From a virus, in UHGV virus genome UHGV-1374671: a stretch of DNA of 64,000 bases. One strand, given 5' to 3'. Position 1 is the stretch's first letter. Each line of letters opens with the position of its first letter. The notes under the pieces were generated by a model, which made no database searches, was not told where the DNA came from, and saw nothing but the letters and a program-made list of their open reading frames with translations. This document shows positions 47,927-57,317 of this stretch, one piece after another. The translations under genes and the position numbers were made by a program.

Positions 47927-49308
47927 CAGCTGCAGAGAAGGAAAAGGACGACGCCATGCGTCAACTTTTCCACGGGGTGGCGATGCGGACGGCCGGTGTG
48001 CGGGGTGCCTGCAAGGTACTGGTTCAGGGTGAGATTTACCACCTGTGCCCGGCCTGCGTTTACAAGGGCATCCCGAACGAGGAAGAAATCAACCAGGCGG
48101 AGGACAAGTTCGTTCCATACGATGACGAGCTCCCCTGCCTGACAACGTCCGAGTTGTCCAGCTTTCGACCGGAGGTGCTTCTGGATTACGGGTCCATTCC
48201 CGTAACGCAGGAAACCTGCCCGGAGCTGCTTACCGTGCCTGAAGACGTCTTTCTTGTTCCGTGCAGGAAAGCGCCGTCAGGTGTACCTGGCGTCGTGGTT
48301 GTGAAGAAGTCCACAAGGGCACAATACGAGCTCCTGCGTGAGATCCCGTACCCTGAGGGAACGTTCTTTCACACTCTGCCGGTTCGCGTCGTGTCGATGC
48401 CGTCCGAAATAAGCTCCACTTTGAAGGACTTCAATCTCACATTGCAGGACTTCAAGGCCGAACTTCGTAGAGCCAAGCTGAAAGACTTTATAGTGCTCAT
48501 GCTGCGTTCCGAGACCAGTATGGTGTACGTAACCACAAGCCACATGAACGAACCAAACTCACTTGACTCAGTATTTGATCCTGCAAGCGGGATCACGTAC
48601 TGCGGTGATGGGTGGGACGATAAATCGAGATCATACAAAAATCTTGTCAAGAAGAAAGGAACGAAGAAAGTGAAAGGATTGGCGAATCCGTTAATCGGGG
48701 CTCGTAGCGCGAAGGCTGCCCCGCTGCCCTCTCCGAAAGCGACTGTGGAAGCACAGCCCGCAGAGAGCATTCCCATGGGACCCAAAGCCGACGCCAATGC
48801 AGCTGCTCAGGCTGCTGAAACCAAAGCTGTTCCGGCAGTGCCGGCGGCCGCGCTGGCAGTCGAGGTCCCGGATACTGACGCGGAAGTGAACAAGGCCATG
48901 GAACAGGCGTCTGCTGCTCCGGAACCCGCTGTTCAGGGGTCAGTGGCTGTCCCTCAGGAAGCCACTGCTCAGGAGACCGCTCCCCAGGAGGAACCTGTCA
49001 AGGAGGAGCCGGTGCAGGAACCTAAACAGGAAGATCCTGCCCAGCTGCGCAAGCCCTCCAGGCGCCGCAAGGAGCCTGCCAAGGTCGGCTACGACTTCAC
49101 CACCGTCATGGAGTACATAGGTGCTCCGGTGGATGAGATCAAGGCCGAGGACATCGAGAAGGCCGAGACCGAGATGCGCAACCTGCGTGATCTGATGATC
49201 GCGGCAGCCAGGCGAATGGCCAATATCTCCCTGAAGATCACCGAGTCTTCCAAGGACGCTGTCATCAGCATGGCCAAGGTTCAGGAACTTCTTGGTGGGC
49301 GCAAGTAA
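47908..49308 (+). CDS. hypothetical protein with long Ala/Pro/Glu-rich disordered region
   Basis: 466 aa ORF. Confidence 0.4.
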   Translation: MAAFQMTAAEKEKDDAMRQLFHGVAMRTAGVRGACKVLVQGEIYHLCPACVYKGIPNEEEINQAEDKFVPYDDELPCLTTSELSSFRPEVLLDYGSIPVTQETCPELLTVPEDVFLVPCRKAPSGVPGVVVVKKSTRAQYELLREIPYPEGTFFHTLPVRVVSMPSEISSTLKDFNLTLQDFKAELRRAKLKDFIVLMLRSETSMVYVTTSHMNEPNSLDSVFDPASGITYCGDGWDDKSRSYKNLVKKKGTKKVKGLANPLIGARSAKAAPLPSPKATVEAQPAESIPMGPKADANAAAQAAETKAVPAVPAAALAVEVPDTDAEVNKAMEQASAAPEPAVQGSVAVPQEATAQETAPQEEPVKEEPVQEPKQEDPAQLRKPSRRRKEPAKVGYDFTTVMEYIGAPVDEIKAEDIEKAETEMRNLRDLMIAAARRMANISLKITESSKDAVISMAKVQELLGGRK

Positions 49309-49329
49309 ACAGTCAACCATTAACAAACG

Positions 49330-49372
49330 AGAACGCTGGATTCCTTTCTGGGTTTCCGGCGTTCTCTTTTTG
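49330..49372 (+). terminator. putative Rho-independent terminator
   Basis: GAGAACGC...GCGTTCTC stem followed by TTTTTGA. Confidence 0.5.
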
Positions 49373-49379
49373 AGGGATT

Positions 49380-50480
49380 ATGCTCACATTTTTACACAGG
49401 AACACAAGGAGATACATAGCGGCCATCCAGCATGCTATCACTACTCATTTGAAGTATCCAGACTGTTCCGGGCGCTTCTCTGACGATCCTATGGTGATCG
49501 TAGGAGAGGACGGCAGACTGGACAAGGCCCCGTCCGCTAAAGTGACGAACTGCACGATATGGGGAACGCTGATCGTCGAAGACGATTGCACCGTGTCCAA
49601 CATCGTTGTTCAGAACAACACGACAGTCATTGTCAAAAGAGGGTCCACGGTGCTTGGCGCCGCGTTTTCCGGAGTCAGTGATACACCTGCCGTCCATATC
49701 ATAGACGAGAACTCGTTTGTGATGCACTTCATTGTCGTGGCAACCGGAGCGCACATCAGACGAGACGCTCTTATCCTGGAGGGTGTGGTGCAGGGAGGCT
49801 GCATTGATCTCGGAGAGCACTGCGTCATGCTGGCAGGGCAGTTGCAGTCAACAAACATGACTGTAGGGAAAGAGTTCGTGTTGTACAGCAGTCGGCTGGT
49901 GACGTGTCGTGGGTGCGACCATGCCTGCGTTGGAGATAATGTGTGCATAGCACCATATGCCAACGAGTCCTATGAAAAGCCTGCTGCCAGGGCGGATCAG
50001 ATCATTACTGCGGTGTCCCATGGCGAAGGAGTCGCAGCCAGTATGAACACGACCTGTCAGTTTGAAGCGTCATCTGTTTATGTAGCGAATTCAGTGGTCA
50101 TGACCACAGGTTGCTGCATGATGGCGCACAAGCAGATCGTCGTCGGGGAAGGCAGTGTGATCACGAGCAGCACGCACGGCATCGGAGGCTCGTTCTCGTT
50201 ACGGCTGATATCCGGAGACATTCGTATCGGCAAGAAGAACCAGCTGATCAAACAAAGCACTGGCAATTACACTGCTTACCATCTCGGCAACACGGAGGTG
50301 GAACGTTTCTCCTGTCTCCATACAGGCGATAACGTAACCGTGTTGGACTGCGGAGCCTACAGAAACTTGACCGATTCGCTGTATTTTCAGTACGGAGCGA
50401 AGAGCCGCAGCGTCCGCTTGCGACCCATATCCCAGGTGTGCAGGATCAAGGTCAATCCTGGTGGCACAATCATTTTGTAG
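49380..50480 (+). CDS. hypothetical protein, beta-helix-like repeats
   Basis: repetitive T/V/N/G-rich short segments (TNCTIWGTLIVEDDCTVSNIVVQNNTTVIV...). Confidence 0.4.
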   Translation: MLTFLHRNTRRYIAAIQHAITTHLKYPDCSGRFSDDPMVIVGEDGRLDKAPSAKVTNCTIWGTLIVEDDCTVSNIVVQNNTTVIVKRGSTVLGAAFSGVSDTPAVHIIDENSFVMHFIVVATGAHIRRDALILEGVVQGGCIDLGEHCVMLAGQLQSTNMTVGKEFVLYSSRLVTCRGCDHACVGDNVCIAPYANESYEKPAARADQIITAVSHGEGVAASMNTTCQFEASSVYVANSVVMTTGCCMMAHKQIVVGEGSVITSSTHGIGGSFSLRLISGDIRIGKKNQLIKQSTGNYTAYHLGNTEVERFSCLHTGDNVTVLDCGAYRNLTDSLYFQYGAKSRSVRLRPISQVCRIKVNPGGTIIL

Positions 50481-50489
50481 GAGGTAGAA

Positions 50490-51074
50490 ATGGCACTGAC
50501 TGAACAGGCCAGAAAGTCTTTGAATGCCAAGATAGTCGGGCATGAAGGCGTCGCCAACGGCGTCGTCCTTGCATCAGGACTGACAAAGATATCAGGAGGT
50601 CTGGTTGCCAGACCTTCCACGGATACCACGAACACCAGAACCGGTGCATTAGTGGACGCTTCCGACCAGCCCATAGCGGAGCAGCCGGAGGCGCAACCCC
50701 AGCCGCAGCAGCCGGTGATTGAGACTGTTCCTGTCGAACAGTCCAGGAAAAAGACAAGAGGCGGCAGGAAGACCTCGGAACCGGCAAGGGCAGTGAGGGT
50801 AGAGCTGGAGATCCAGGGGATTGGAATCCTGCCTTCCCAGTACACGCACTGCTATGTCGGAACCGGAGTGGTCGTGCTGGGGCTGAACGAGTATTCGTAT
50901 GTGCCGGCGGAAGCCCACTATGAAGGTGACCGGCTGATGGGAGTCATTCAGCTCAAGATCGTCCCGGGGCGTTACGGATACCTGGGGAATTCATTCACGG
51001 ATTCGTCAGGAATCCGCAATATCATCCTGGCCGAAATCAAGGAGGAAAGCTATGATGGAGAAGAACTCGGCTGA
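50490..51074 (+). CDS. hypothetical protein
   Basis: 194 aa ORF. Confidence 0.4.
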   Translation: MALTEQARKSLNAKIVGHEGVANGVVLASGLTKISGGLVARPSTDTTNTRTGALVDASDQPIAEQPEAQPQPQQPVIETVPVEQSRKKTRGGRKTSEPARAVRVELEIQGIGILPSQYTHCYVGTGVVVLGLNEYSYVPAEAHYEGDRLMGVIQLKIVPGRYGYLGNSFTDSSGIRNIILAEIKEESYDGEELG

Positions 51075-51190
51075 GAACAAGGTGTGCACTTACTGTGACC
51101 GGGACGCGCTCCCGGACACGTACCCGCCGGTGTGCGAAGAGCACATTCATACCAAGCAGGCCGCCGGAGAGGCCACTACGTTGAAGGAGC

Positions 51191-52219
51191 TTGAGACCAA
51201 AGATGAATAAACCACAGGAAATGCTCCTGTGGCTGTTGTCCTGCATGGTACCCCGGTTTGATCAGTATTTTCTGGTCAAGCTGGGGTGCCCGGCAATAAC
51301 ACCACAGGTGGTGTCTGCTTCAGGGGTCCGGGTTCCGGACTCCTTTTCTGTTTCTGATGACAAGGAGGACGATGGCGCCGTCATTGCCGGCATGTTCAAC
51401 AAGACGAGCACGGAGCCTTGTTCTGCATCCAGATACAAGGCATTGCTGCATCTTATGGAATGTGGCAGCACCCCGTCCGCCGTGCTGCGTCAGGTGCAGA
51501 CTGTTTACAACAACTTCTTTGGGAACTCCACAATCTGTGACAGTAACCAAAGACCGGCAGAGAGCCTGAATGTGATCACTTATCCCAGCTTTGACAGGGA
51601 TGGCAATTCACTGGCCTACACGATTCCCAGGGACAAGATCCTGAGCACGGACTGGGTCACTACCGGAATCAAAACGGCAGACCTGGCGTTTGTCTGGTAT
51701 GTGCGCATGATGCTGGAACTGTGCCCGTCCATGTGCACTTTTCAGGTGATCGCGCATATCTGGGACGGCGCACTCAAGCAGGTGGCGGTATCTATCGTCA
51801 GGCTGTATCCGTACATGGAAGAGGACTCCGACGGTGTTCAGGATCTTACACTGGACAGGAATGCGCAGATCACATGTTATCAGAGGACCATAAACGGCAT
51901 GTTGGATCATCTCGGAAATCTTGCCGTTTTCGCGGACTTCTCCAGAAACGACAAATACATCAGAGACCACAATCCCTGGTCCATGGATTCCTTCCTGCCA
52001 ATGCTTAACCAGATGAAGAACAACAAGGCCTTCGCTTATATGTGGCTGCAGCAGTTCGATAATCTGGGATCAGGCTTGTGGTCAGGTTTCAATGGCTTCC
52101 TGGATACTGCCGACCGTTTGGCGGCTGTTGTCAAGCGCGGCAGCAAAGTACCTGAAGTGCAGTCCTTGCTGGACGACGTGAAGCAACAGTTCAACGCATT
52201 CGCTGCACATGCTGAATAG
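51191..52219 (+). CDS. hypothetical protein
   Basis: 342 aa ORF. Confidence 0.4.
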   Translation: MRPKMNKPQEMLLWLLSCMVPRFDQYFLVKLGCPAITPQVVSASGVRVPDSFSVSDDKEDDGAVIAGMFNKTSTEPCSASRYKALLHLMECGSTPSAVLRQVQTVYNNFFGNSTICDSNQRPAESLNVITYPSFDRDGNSLAYTIPRDKILSTDWVTTGIKTADLAFVWYVRMMLELCPSMCTFQVIAHIWDGALKQVAVSIVRLYPYMEEDSDGVQDLTLDRNAQITCYQRTINGMLDHLGNLAVFADFSRNDKYIRDHNPWSMDSFLPMLNQMKNNKAFAYMWLQQFDNLGSGLWSGFNGFLDTADRLAAVVKRGSKVPEVQSLLDDVKQQFNAFAAHAE

Positions 52220-52228
52220 GAGGGTGTC

Positions 52229-52351
52229 ATGTCATTCTGGGAATTTTGTCAGATGCTGTTCGGATTCTGGCTTGCTTTCGTACTGTTGGGTATTCCGGCA
52301 GGTATTCTGAAGTCATTGCTGGAGTCTATCGGAAGAAAATCAAAGATATGA
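52229..52351 (+). CDS. possible 40-aa single-pass membrane peptide
   Basis: GGAGGG RBS 5 nt upstream of ATG; MSFWEFCQMLFGFWLAFVLLGIPAGILKSLLESIGRKSKI; below the ORF-track size cutoff. Confidence 0.3.
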   Translation: MSFWEFCQMLFGFWLAFVLLGIPAGILKSLLESIGRKSKI

Positions 52352-52359
52352 GGTTACAA

Positions 52360-53331
52360 ATGAACATCATAGATCAGAGCGTCGAATCTGTGTTGATGGA
52401 CAACGCCATGGAGCGCATCGAGTTCGCCGGCCGGGTGTGTTACAACAGCACGGATCGGATCAAGAAAGGCGAGACAGCCCTTCCGTTTGTGAAAGGGCTT
52501 ATCCAGGCAGGGCACGGTACACCGCTGGAGGCGGCCCGTGTCGGGATCGTTGTTTCCGATCTGCTGGAGTTTGTGCGCTGGCACAAAGGGGACGAGGCCG
52601 CCAAGGTGGCGGACACTATCATTCAAGACTTCCGTGTAAACAGGAACCATCGTGTGTACTTTGTGTGCGACGATGCTTTGTCCATCACGGTGCGCGACTA
52701 CCTGATGGAAGGGTTTCCGTTGGAGTTCCTGGAGAATCCGGATAACTACTGCATGGACCCGTCGTTCGCCACAGTGGTGATTGTCACGGATCGAGGCATA
52801 GCCAATGAGTGCGTCAGGCATCGTGTGCTGCACTATGACGATGACGGGTATCCGACTGTCTGGAACGATCCTCCTGCCGGAAACCAGGAGGACATGTCCA
52901 TGGTGCAGGCCAGTACGCGGTACATCAATTACGGCAAGAAGCCGTTCAGTCTTGTGCGCCCGTCTCCGGCTCCCTGGGCCACTCAGGAGGACAGCAAGGA
53001 GTACCAGCTTTGGTATGCATCCTGCAAGCAGTCGTTCGACACCTACAAGATCATGCTTGAGTCCGGTGTTCCCCAGCAGTTCGCCAGAAACGTGCTTCCT
53101 CTCAGTACCGCCACTACGGTAGTGATGTCAGGAACTAGCACACAATGGACCGATTTCCTGAAACTCAGACTGGATACGGCTGCGCATCCGCAGATGATCG
53201 TACTTGCAAATATGATTCTCAGATCTGAGGCCGTGAAGCAGGCAATCCCCACCCTGGTGTATGCGGATTTGCTGGAGCTCGCCAAGCCAGGAATTGAAAA
53301 GGTAAACAAGATACAGGAAGGACTGTTATGA
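52360..53331 (+). CDS. thyX: FAD-dependent thymidylate synthase (ThyX), with insertion inside the RHR motif
   Basis: ECVRHRVLH ... SMVQASTRY (RHR-x-S...Q-x-S-x-R-Y with ~25 aa insert); GAGG RBS before ATG 52360; frame open from 52246. Confidence 0.55.
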   Translation: MNIIDQSVESVLMDNAMERIEFAGRVCYNSTDRIKKGETALPFVKGLIQAGHGTPLEAARVGIVVSDLLEFVRWHKGDEAAKVADTIIQDFRVNRNHRVYFVCDDALSITVRDYLMEGFPLEFLENPDNYCMDPSFATVVIVTDRGIANECVRHRVLHYDDDGYPTVWNDPPAGNQEDMSMVQASTRYINYGKKPFSLVRPSPAPWATQEDSKEYQLWYASCKQSFDTYKIMLESGVPQQFARNVLPLSTATTVVMSGTSTQWTDFLKLRLDTAAHPQMIVLANMILRSEAVKQAIPTLVYADLLELAKPGIEKVNKIQEGLL

Positions 53332-53600
53332 GCGCAAAAGGATATGGCGGATTCAACAGAATCCCCATGCATGGAGCCGCCGGCACGGTGATCGCCGGCA
53401 AACACGTCGTCGAGGAACCCAAACCGGTGGAGTCTCCCACGGTCGTGGATACGCCTACTAAGGCGACCAATACGCTGTTGGTTCCGTACGAAGACCGGCA
53501 GAGCCGGATTCGGTATCTGCGGCACATCAAGGACTATCTCACGGTTCAGCTTGCGATTGTGGAGCAGCAGCTCACGTTTGAGGAGGAACACGTGGGCTGA
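53328..53600 (+). CDS. hypothetical protein
   Basis: 90 aa ORF. Confidence 0.35.
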   Translation: MSAKGYGGFNRIPMHGAAGTVIAGKHVVEEPKPVESPTVVDTPTKATNTLLVPYEDRQSRIRYLRHIKDYLTVQLAIVEQQLTFEEEHVG

Positions 53601-53649
53601 GATTTTCTACTTGAAGTAGAAAACCGAGGCTATACTAAGGGAGCCCCGG

Positions 53650-53720
53650 GCCGAATGGATCAGCGGTGTGACCGACCTCTGCTCTTGTTCAGCGGCCCGG
53701 GGCTCTTTATGTAAGGAGGC
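53650..53720 (+). terminator. strong stem-loop (13-bp perfect GC-rich stem GAGCCCCGGGCCG / CGGCCCGGGGCTC, ~36 nt loop) followed by CTTTATGT; possible terminator/attenuator
   Basis: read directly; lies between the stop at 53600 and the RBS of the 53725 gene; preceded by palindrome TTTTCTAC-ttgaa-GTAGAAAA at ~53594-53614. Confidence 0.4.
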
Positions 53721-53724
53721 CACC

Positions 53725-54255
53725 ATGGCATCAAAGAAACCAATATCAGGAAGGAAATCCTTTCCGATCAAAAAACACGAGCTTGACCTGGTGATGAGCT
53801 TCCCGACTGCCGAGCACGCCGCCAGTGCCCTGAATATCAGCCTGGCCAAGGCCAAGCGCATCCGGCACGACAAGGAAAACACCAGGCTCAGCTGGGACAC
53901 CAAACTGTGGCTGAAGATGACCTCAACCACCACCAGGTACAGATATCTGGAACGGTACCTGATGCGTATTGCCCCGTTCAACTACGGAAACATCGTGTTC
54001 CAGAGGTTGAACGCGTTGGCCAGAATCGTTGATCAGTACGATGGCGTCTTCCGGTTCACCACCAAGCGACAGGGCAACCTTGACCAGCCTCGAAAGGAGT
54101 TCAAGGTTATGGACGATGCCATCCGAACTGCCAGGAGGCTGCTCAAGAAAGCATACTTTGGGTGTCCTACGTTGCGTGACCGCATCTTCTATGACACCAG
54201 GCTGCCGGAACAATTCGAGCAGGAGCAGAGCGACGACGATGACGACAATTCTTAA
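53725..54255 (+). CDS. hypothetical protein
   Basis: GGAGG RBS then ATG 53725. Confidence 0.4.
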   Translation: MASKKPISGRKSFPIKKHELDLVMSFPTAEHAASALNISLAKAKRIRHDKENTRLSWDTKLWLKMTSTTTRYRYLERYLMRIAPFNYGNIVFQRLNALARIVDQYDGVFRFTTKRQGNLDQPRKEFKVMDDAIRTARRLLKKAYFGCPTLRDRIFYDTRLPEQFEQEQSDDDDDNS

Positions 54256-54487
54256 GTTCGAGCTGCCGTCGTGCAGAGACTGCAGAGAGCTGGACAAATT
54301 GGTGGACAGTCTTGTCAGGAAGCATCCGGACATCAAGGTGGAAACGCATAACCTGATGCTGAGCCTGGAGGCCAGGCAAAGGCGCGTTCGGGTGGTTCCC
54401 ACAGTTATCGTGTTGAAGGAGGGCCTTGAGATCGTCCGCATCGAAAGACTTCCTTCCATGGAGGAGCTGGAAGCCTCATGCACGTGA
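54239..54487 (+). CDS. thioredoxin/glutaredoxin-fold small protein (CxxC)
   Basis: 82 aa; ELPSCRDCREL (CxxC) and VVPTVIVLKEG (cis-Pro region). Confidence 0.4.
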   Translation: MTTILKFELPSCRDCRELDKLVDSLVRKHPDIKVETHNLMLSLEARQRRVRVVPTVIVLKEGLEIVRIERLPSMEELEASCT

Positions 54488-55416
54488 ACGTATTGAATTC
54501 TGCTGTCGGAGTCCAGGAGGATCTTCCTCTCAGTGGTGCCACTGTCAGGACGACCAGCAGAGGCATTTTCGGCATCGAGCATTACGTCGGTGTCAGTGAA
54601 CAACTTAAACAGGATCAGAAAATGAAGACATTCGCATATAAACTCGAGATGGTGCCTGGAGTAGAAGATCCGGACAAGTACATACTCGATATTCATTGCG
54701 CTTGGTGCGGGATGAAATGCCCGCACTGCAACGACTGGGAAAAGAGATCGGACGACCCGTTTCGCTGCAATATCAGGGCGTCGCTTATCGGCAACTACAT
54801 ACGGGACCACGCGCATGAGCTGGAGGCTGTTCGTATCATTGGTCCCCGCGTTTTTGAGATACCCACCATGTATCTCAGAGAGATCTATTATTGGACTTCC
54901 GAGAACAACCTGCGTCTGTTCGGCGAGTCCAATGGCATTGGCTATCAAAACTTATACAACTCGTTTACAGATGCGGTTACTGACTTCTGTGTACATATCC
55001 ATGGTCCTGCCGGCACCTATTACAAGTGGTTCGGATACACGCTGGAACAGTACACAAACAACGGACTGGCTGCGCACCTGGTGAATGATACAGTTTCCAA
55101 TTTGGACTCGATGCTGCGCGTCATTGACACTGTATTCGCGGCCCGGGAGACTGAAGCCAATCTGCCTATGCACTTCCGTGGATTGAGGAATCTCAGGATA
55201 CAGACAAGGGTGAGCAAGGCGCTGCATCCTACGTGTGATCTGGAGAGAATCAAGACTGACTGGATTCCTGACAGATTACTGAAGTACTGGGTTCTAGTGC
55301 CGGCGTCTGCTGAGGAAGGCCAAGACGAATATACCCATGACGAGCTTCAGATCATTGCTGATGCTCTGGGTTGCAAAGTAGAATTCCAAATAAAGAAAGG
55401 AAATCAAAATGAGTGA
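54478..55416 (+). CDS. hypothetical protein with Cys cluster CAWCGMKCPHCNDW (possible Fe-S / radical-SAM-like)
   Basis: 312 aa; C-x3-C-x2-C reading WCGMKCPHC; otherwise no clear motifs. Confidence 0.3.
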   Translation: MHVNVLNSAVGVQEDLPLSGATVRTTSRGIFGIEHYVGVSEQLKQDQKMKTFAYKLEMVPGVEDPDKYILDIHCAWCGMKCPHCNDWEKRSDDPFRCNIRASLIGNYIRDHAHELEAVRIIGPRVFEIPTMYLREIYYWTSENNLRLFGESNGIGYQNLYNSFTDAVTDFCVHIHGPAGTYYKWFGYTLEQYTNNGLAAHLVNDTVSNLDSMLRVIDTVFAARETEANLPMHFRGLRNLRIQTRVSKALHPTCDLERIKTDWIPDRLLKYWVLVPASAEEGQDEYTHDELQIIADALGCKVEFQIKKGNQNE

Positions 55417-55858
55417 ACAGGAACAGTTCAAGTTCTGCGTGACCGACCCCGGTCTCGATCAGCTTACCCGCAAGCGCGTGGACGATGCTGGATACGACAT
55501 TCGCTGCGCCGAGCACAACGTCGTGGTTCCGGCACGGGAATCGGCTGCCGTCAGCACCGGCCTGTACGTGGCTATTCCGCATGGTTATGTCGGTCTGGTG
55601 AAGAGCCGTTCCGGTTCCGCGTTCAACTACTGCGTGGAAGCAGGTGCCGGTGTCATCGACGCGTCCTATCGCGGAGAGGTGAAGGTGTTGCTGCACAATC
55701 ACGGCGACGTGGACTTCAACATCGGCTACGGTGAGCGCATTGCCCAGCTGGTGCTCATGCGGGTCTATACTGACGATCCTGTGGCAGTCGCCAGTGTGGA
55801 TGCTCTGGGAACCACTGATCGCGGAGACAAGGGCTTTGGAAGCTCCGGAACCAAGTAA
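55409..55858 (+). CDS. dut: dUTP diphosphatase
   Basis: AGYDIR; KSRSGSA; IDASYRGEV; TDRGDKGFGSSG. Confidence 0.85.
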   Translation: MSEQEQFKFCVTDPGLDQLTRKRVDDAGYDIRCAEHNVVVPARESAAVSTGLYVAIPHGYVGLVKSRSGSAFNYCVEAGAGVIDASYRGEVKVLLHNHGDVDFNIGYGERIAQLVLMRVYTDDPVAVASVDALGTTDRGDKGFGSSGTK

Positions 55859-55888
55859 TCATACGAAATCAGCAACAAACACAAGGGC

Positions 55889-55918
55889 GCCATTATGGCG
55901 CCCTTTCTTAATCCTAAG
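55889..55918 (+). terminator. putative Rho-independent terminator after dut
   Basis: AAGGGCGCCA-tta-TGGCGCCCTT followed by TCTTAAT. Confidence 0.5.
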
Positions 55919-55929
55919 GAGAATACATC

Positions 55930-56298
55930 ATGAACGAACTCAAAGCAATCCTGATCGATCCCACCACCAGAACCATCAAAGACACAGTCGTTGACTATGA
56001 TCTGCAGGCCTGGTACGACAAGCTGGACTGTGACGCTGTCCAGATTACTACTCTTCCGCTCGAAGCTGGACGGTTCCAGATGATTATCGATGAGGAAGGA
56101 CTGTTCAAGCCGGAGCTGGACCAGTTCAGGTTTGAAGAGGTGTTCGCCCAGCAGTACGCCGGCAAAGCACTGCTGGTTCAGTTCGACGAGACTGAGGACG
56201 AGGACGGCAACGTGATCATCAAGGACCGTATGGAGGCCACGGCAGAGGACGTCGAGGATTCCGTCATCTGGTGCGATACCAAGATGGTGCTGGAATGA
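55930..56298 (+). CDS. hypothetical protein
   Basis: 122 aa ORF. Confidence 0.4.
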   Translation: MNELKAILIDPTTRTIKDTVVDYDLQAWYDKLDCDAVQITTLPLEAGRFQMIIDEEGLFKPELDQFRFEEVFAQQYAGKALLVQFDETEDEDGNVIIKDRMEATAEDVEDSVIWCDTKMVLE

Positions 56299-56369
56299 GC
56301 GCGGTTGCAACCGGTTTCTTGATAGGCGTCATCGTACTGTTCCTGTACACGGTAACGGAGGGCTGGTAA

Positions 56370-57317
56370 ATGGTTATAGTGCCAAAGCCTGAAGTCAGTG
56401 ATCTTACGTGCAATACGTTCGCTGATTTCGATACGTTCGATCTCCGCCGGGTGGAATGTCCACCCCTTCCGGTTTCGGACCTCGGCAACAGAAAGATATT
56501 GGGCATTCACAAGGTGCACAAGCAGTGGAGACTCAGCACGGAGGAACAGCAGTGGACAGATCCTGCCGCATCTGTTGACCATATGCTTGCACCTATCCGG
56601 ATCGAGTATCTGCTGGGGATGCCGAAGGATCTCAACGGGAAGTGGCAGCTGCTGTCTACCTGCGAGCTGCAGTCCGTCAGCGAGAAAAGCGCTACGATAT
56701 CCTGGACGGGTCTGAACGGAAGCAAGCACAGCTACACCAGTAACGCGATGGATGTGGTGCTGAAGATCCAGCAATACCTAAGCGCCGGACTCAATATTTG
56801 TCAGTACACTTCCCATGCACATGACGTCGAGTCGCATGTCGAGAGACTCAAGGCGTTCCGGGAAAAGATCGGATACAAGTTGGAAGGGGTGCCTCCTTCC
56901 GCGTATGTCAACAGAAACGCGTCTCTTCAGGTTTCCGGCATGCTGACTGCTGGAGTCACAATTCCCTGTGACCTGCTTTCAGAATATGGGCTGTTCGACG
57001 CTGATCGGCTGCATGTGCCGTGTTCGACCCCGTTCCGCGCGGCCGCTGCGTTCAAGACGCGCAACGTGGTGCTTGACATCATCCCGTTCAAAGATCTGAA
57101 CAAGTTGGACAGCACCACGCTGCCTCTTACCAGGCTCCCTGATGAGACCGACGAGCAGTACGCTGCTCGCAGACAGGAACGGTTTTCCGATCTGCTTACG
57201 AATATCGTACATGGCGGGTTGGTTGCGGTGGTCAAGGTGGAAACCAGGACCATCGACAATGAGCTCATTCTTCGCAGATTGAAACGCCAGGACGAGCGGA
57301 GCGACGACTGGGAATGA
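56370..57317 (+). CDS. hypothetical protein
   Basis: 315 aa ORF. Confidence 0.4.
   Translation: MVIVPKPEVSDLTCNTFADFDTFDLRRVECPPLPVSDLGNRKILGIHKVHKQWRLSTEEQQWTDPAASVDHMLAPIRIEYLLGMPKDLNGKWQLLSTCELQSVSEKSATISWTGLNGSKHSYTSNAMDVVLKIQQYLSAGLNICQYTSHAHDVESHVERLKAFREKIGYKLEGVPPSAYVNRNASLQVSGMLTAGVTIPCDLLSEYGLFDADRLHVPCSTPFRAAAAFKTRNVVLDIIPFKDLNKLDSTTLPLTRLPDETDEQYAARRQERFSDLLTNIVHGGLVAVVKVETRTIDNELILRRLKRQDERSDDWE

Noticed and set aside
52246-52359. ThyX N-terminal extension MSDAVRILACF...
   Set aside because: No RBS; GAGG precedes the ATG at 52360, where the ThyX-like sequence begins. The extension instead overlaps a better small ORF in another frame.
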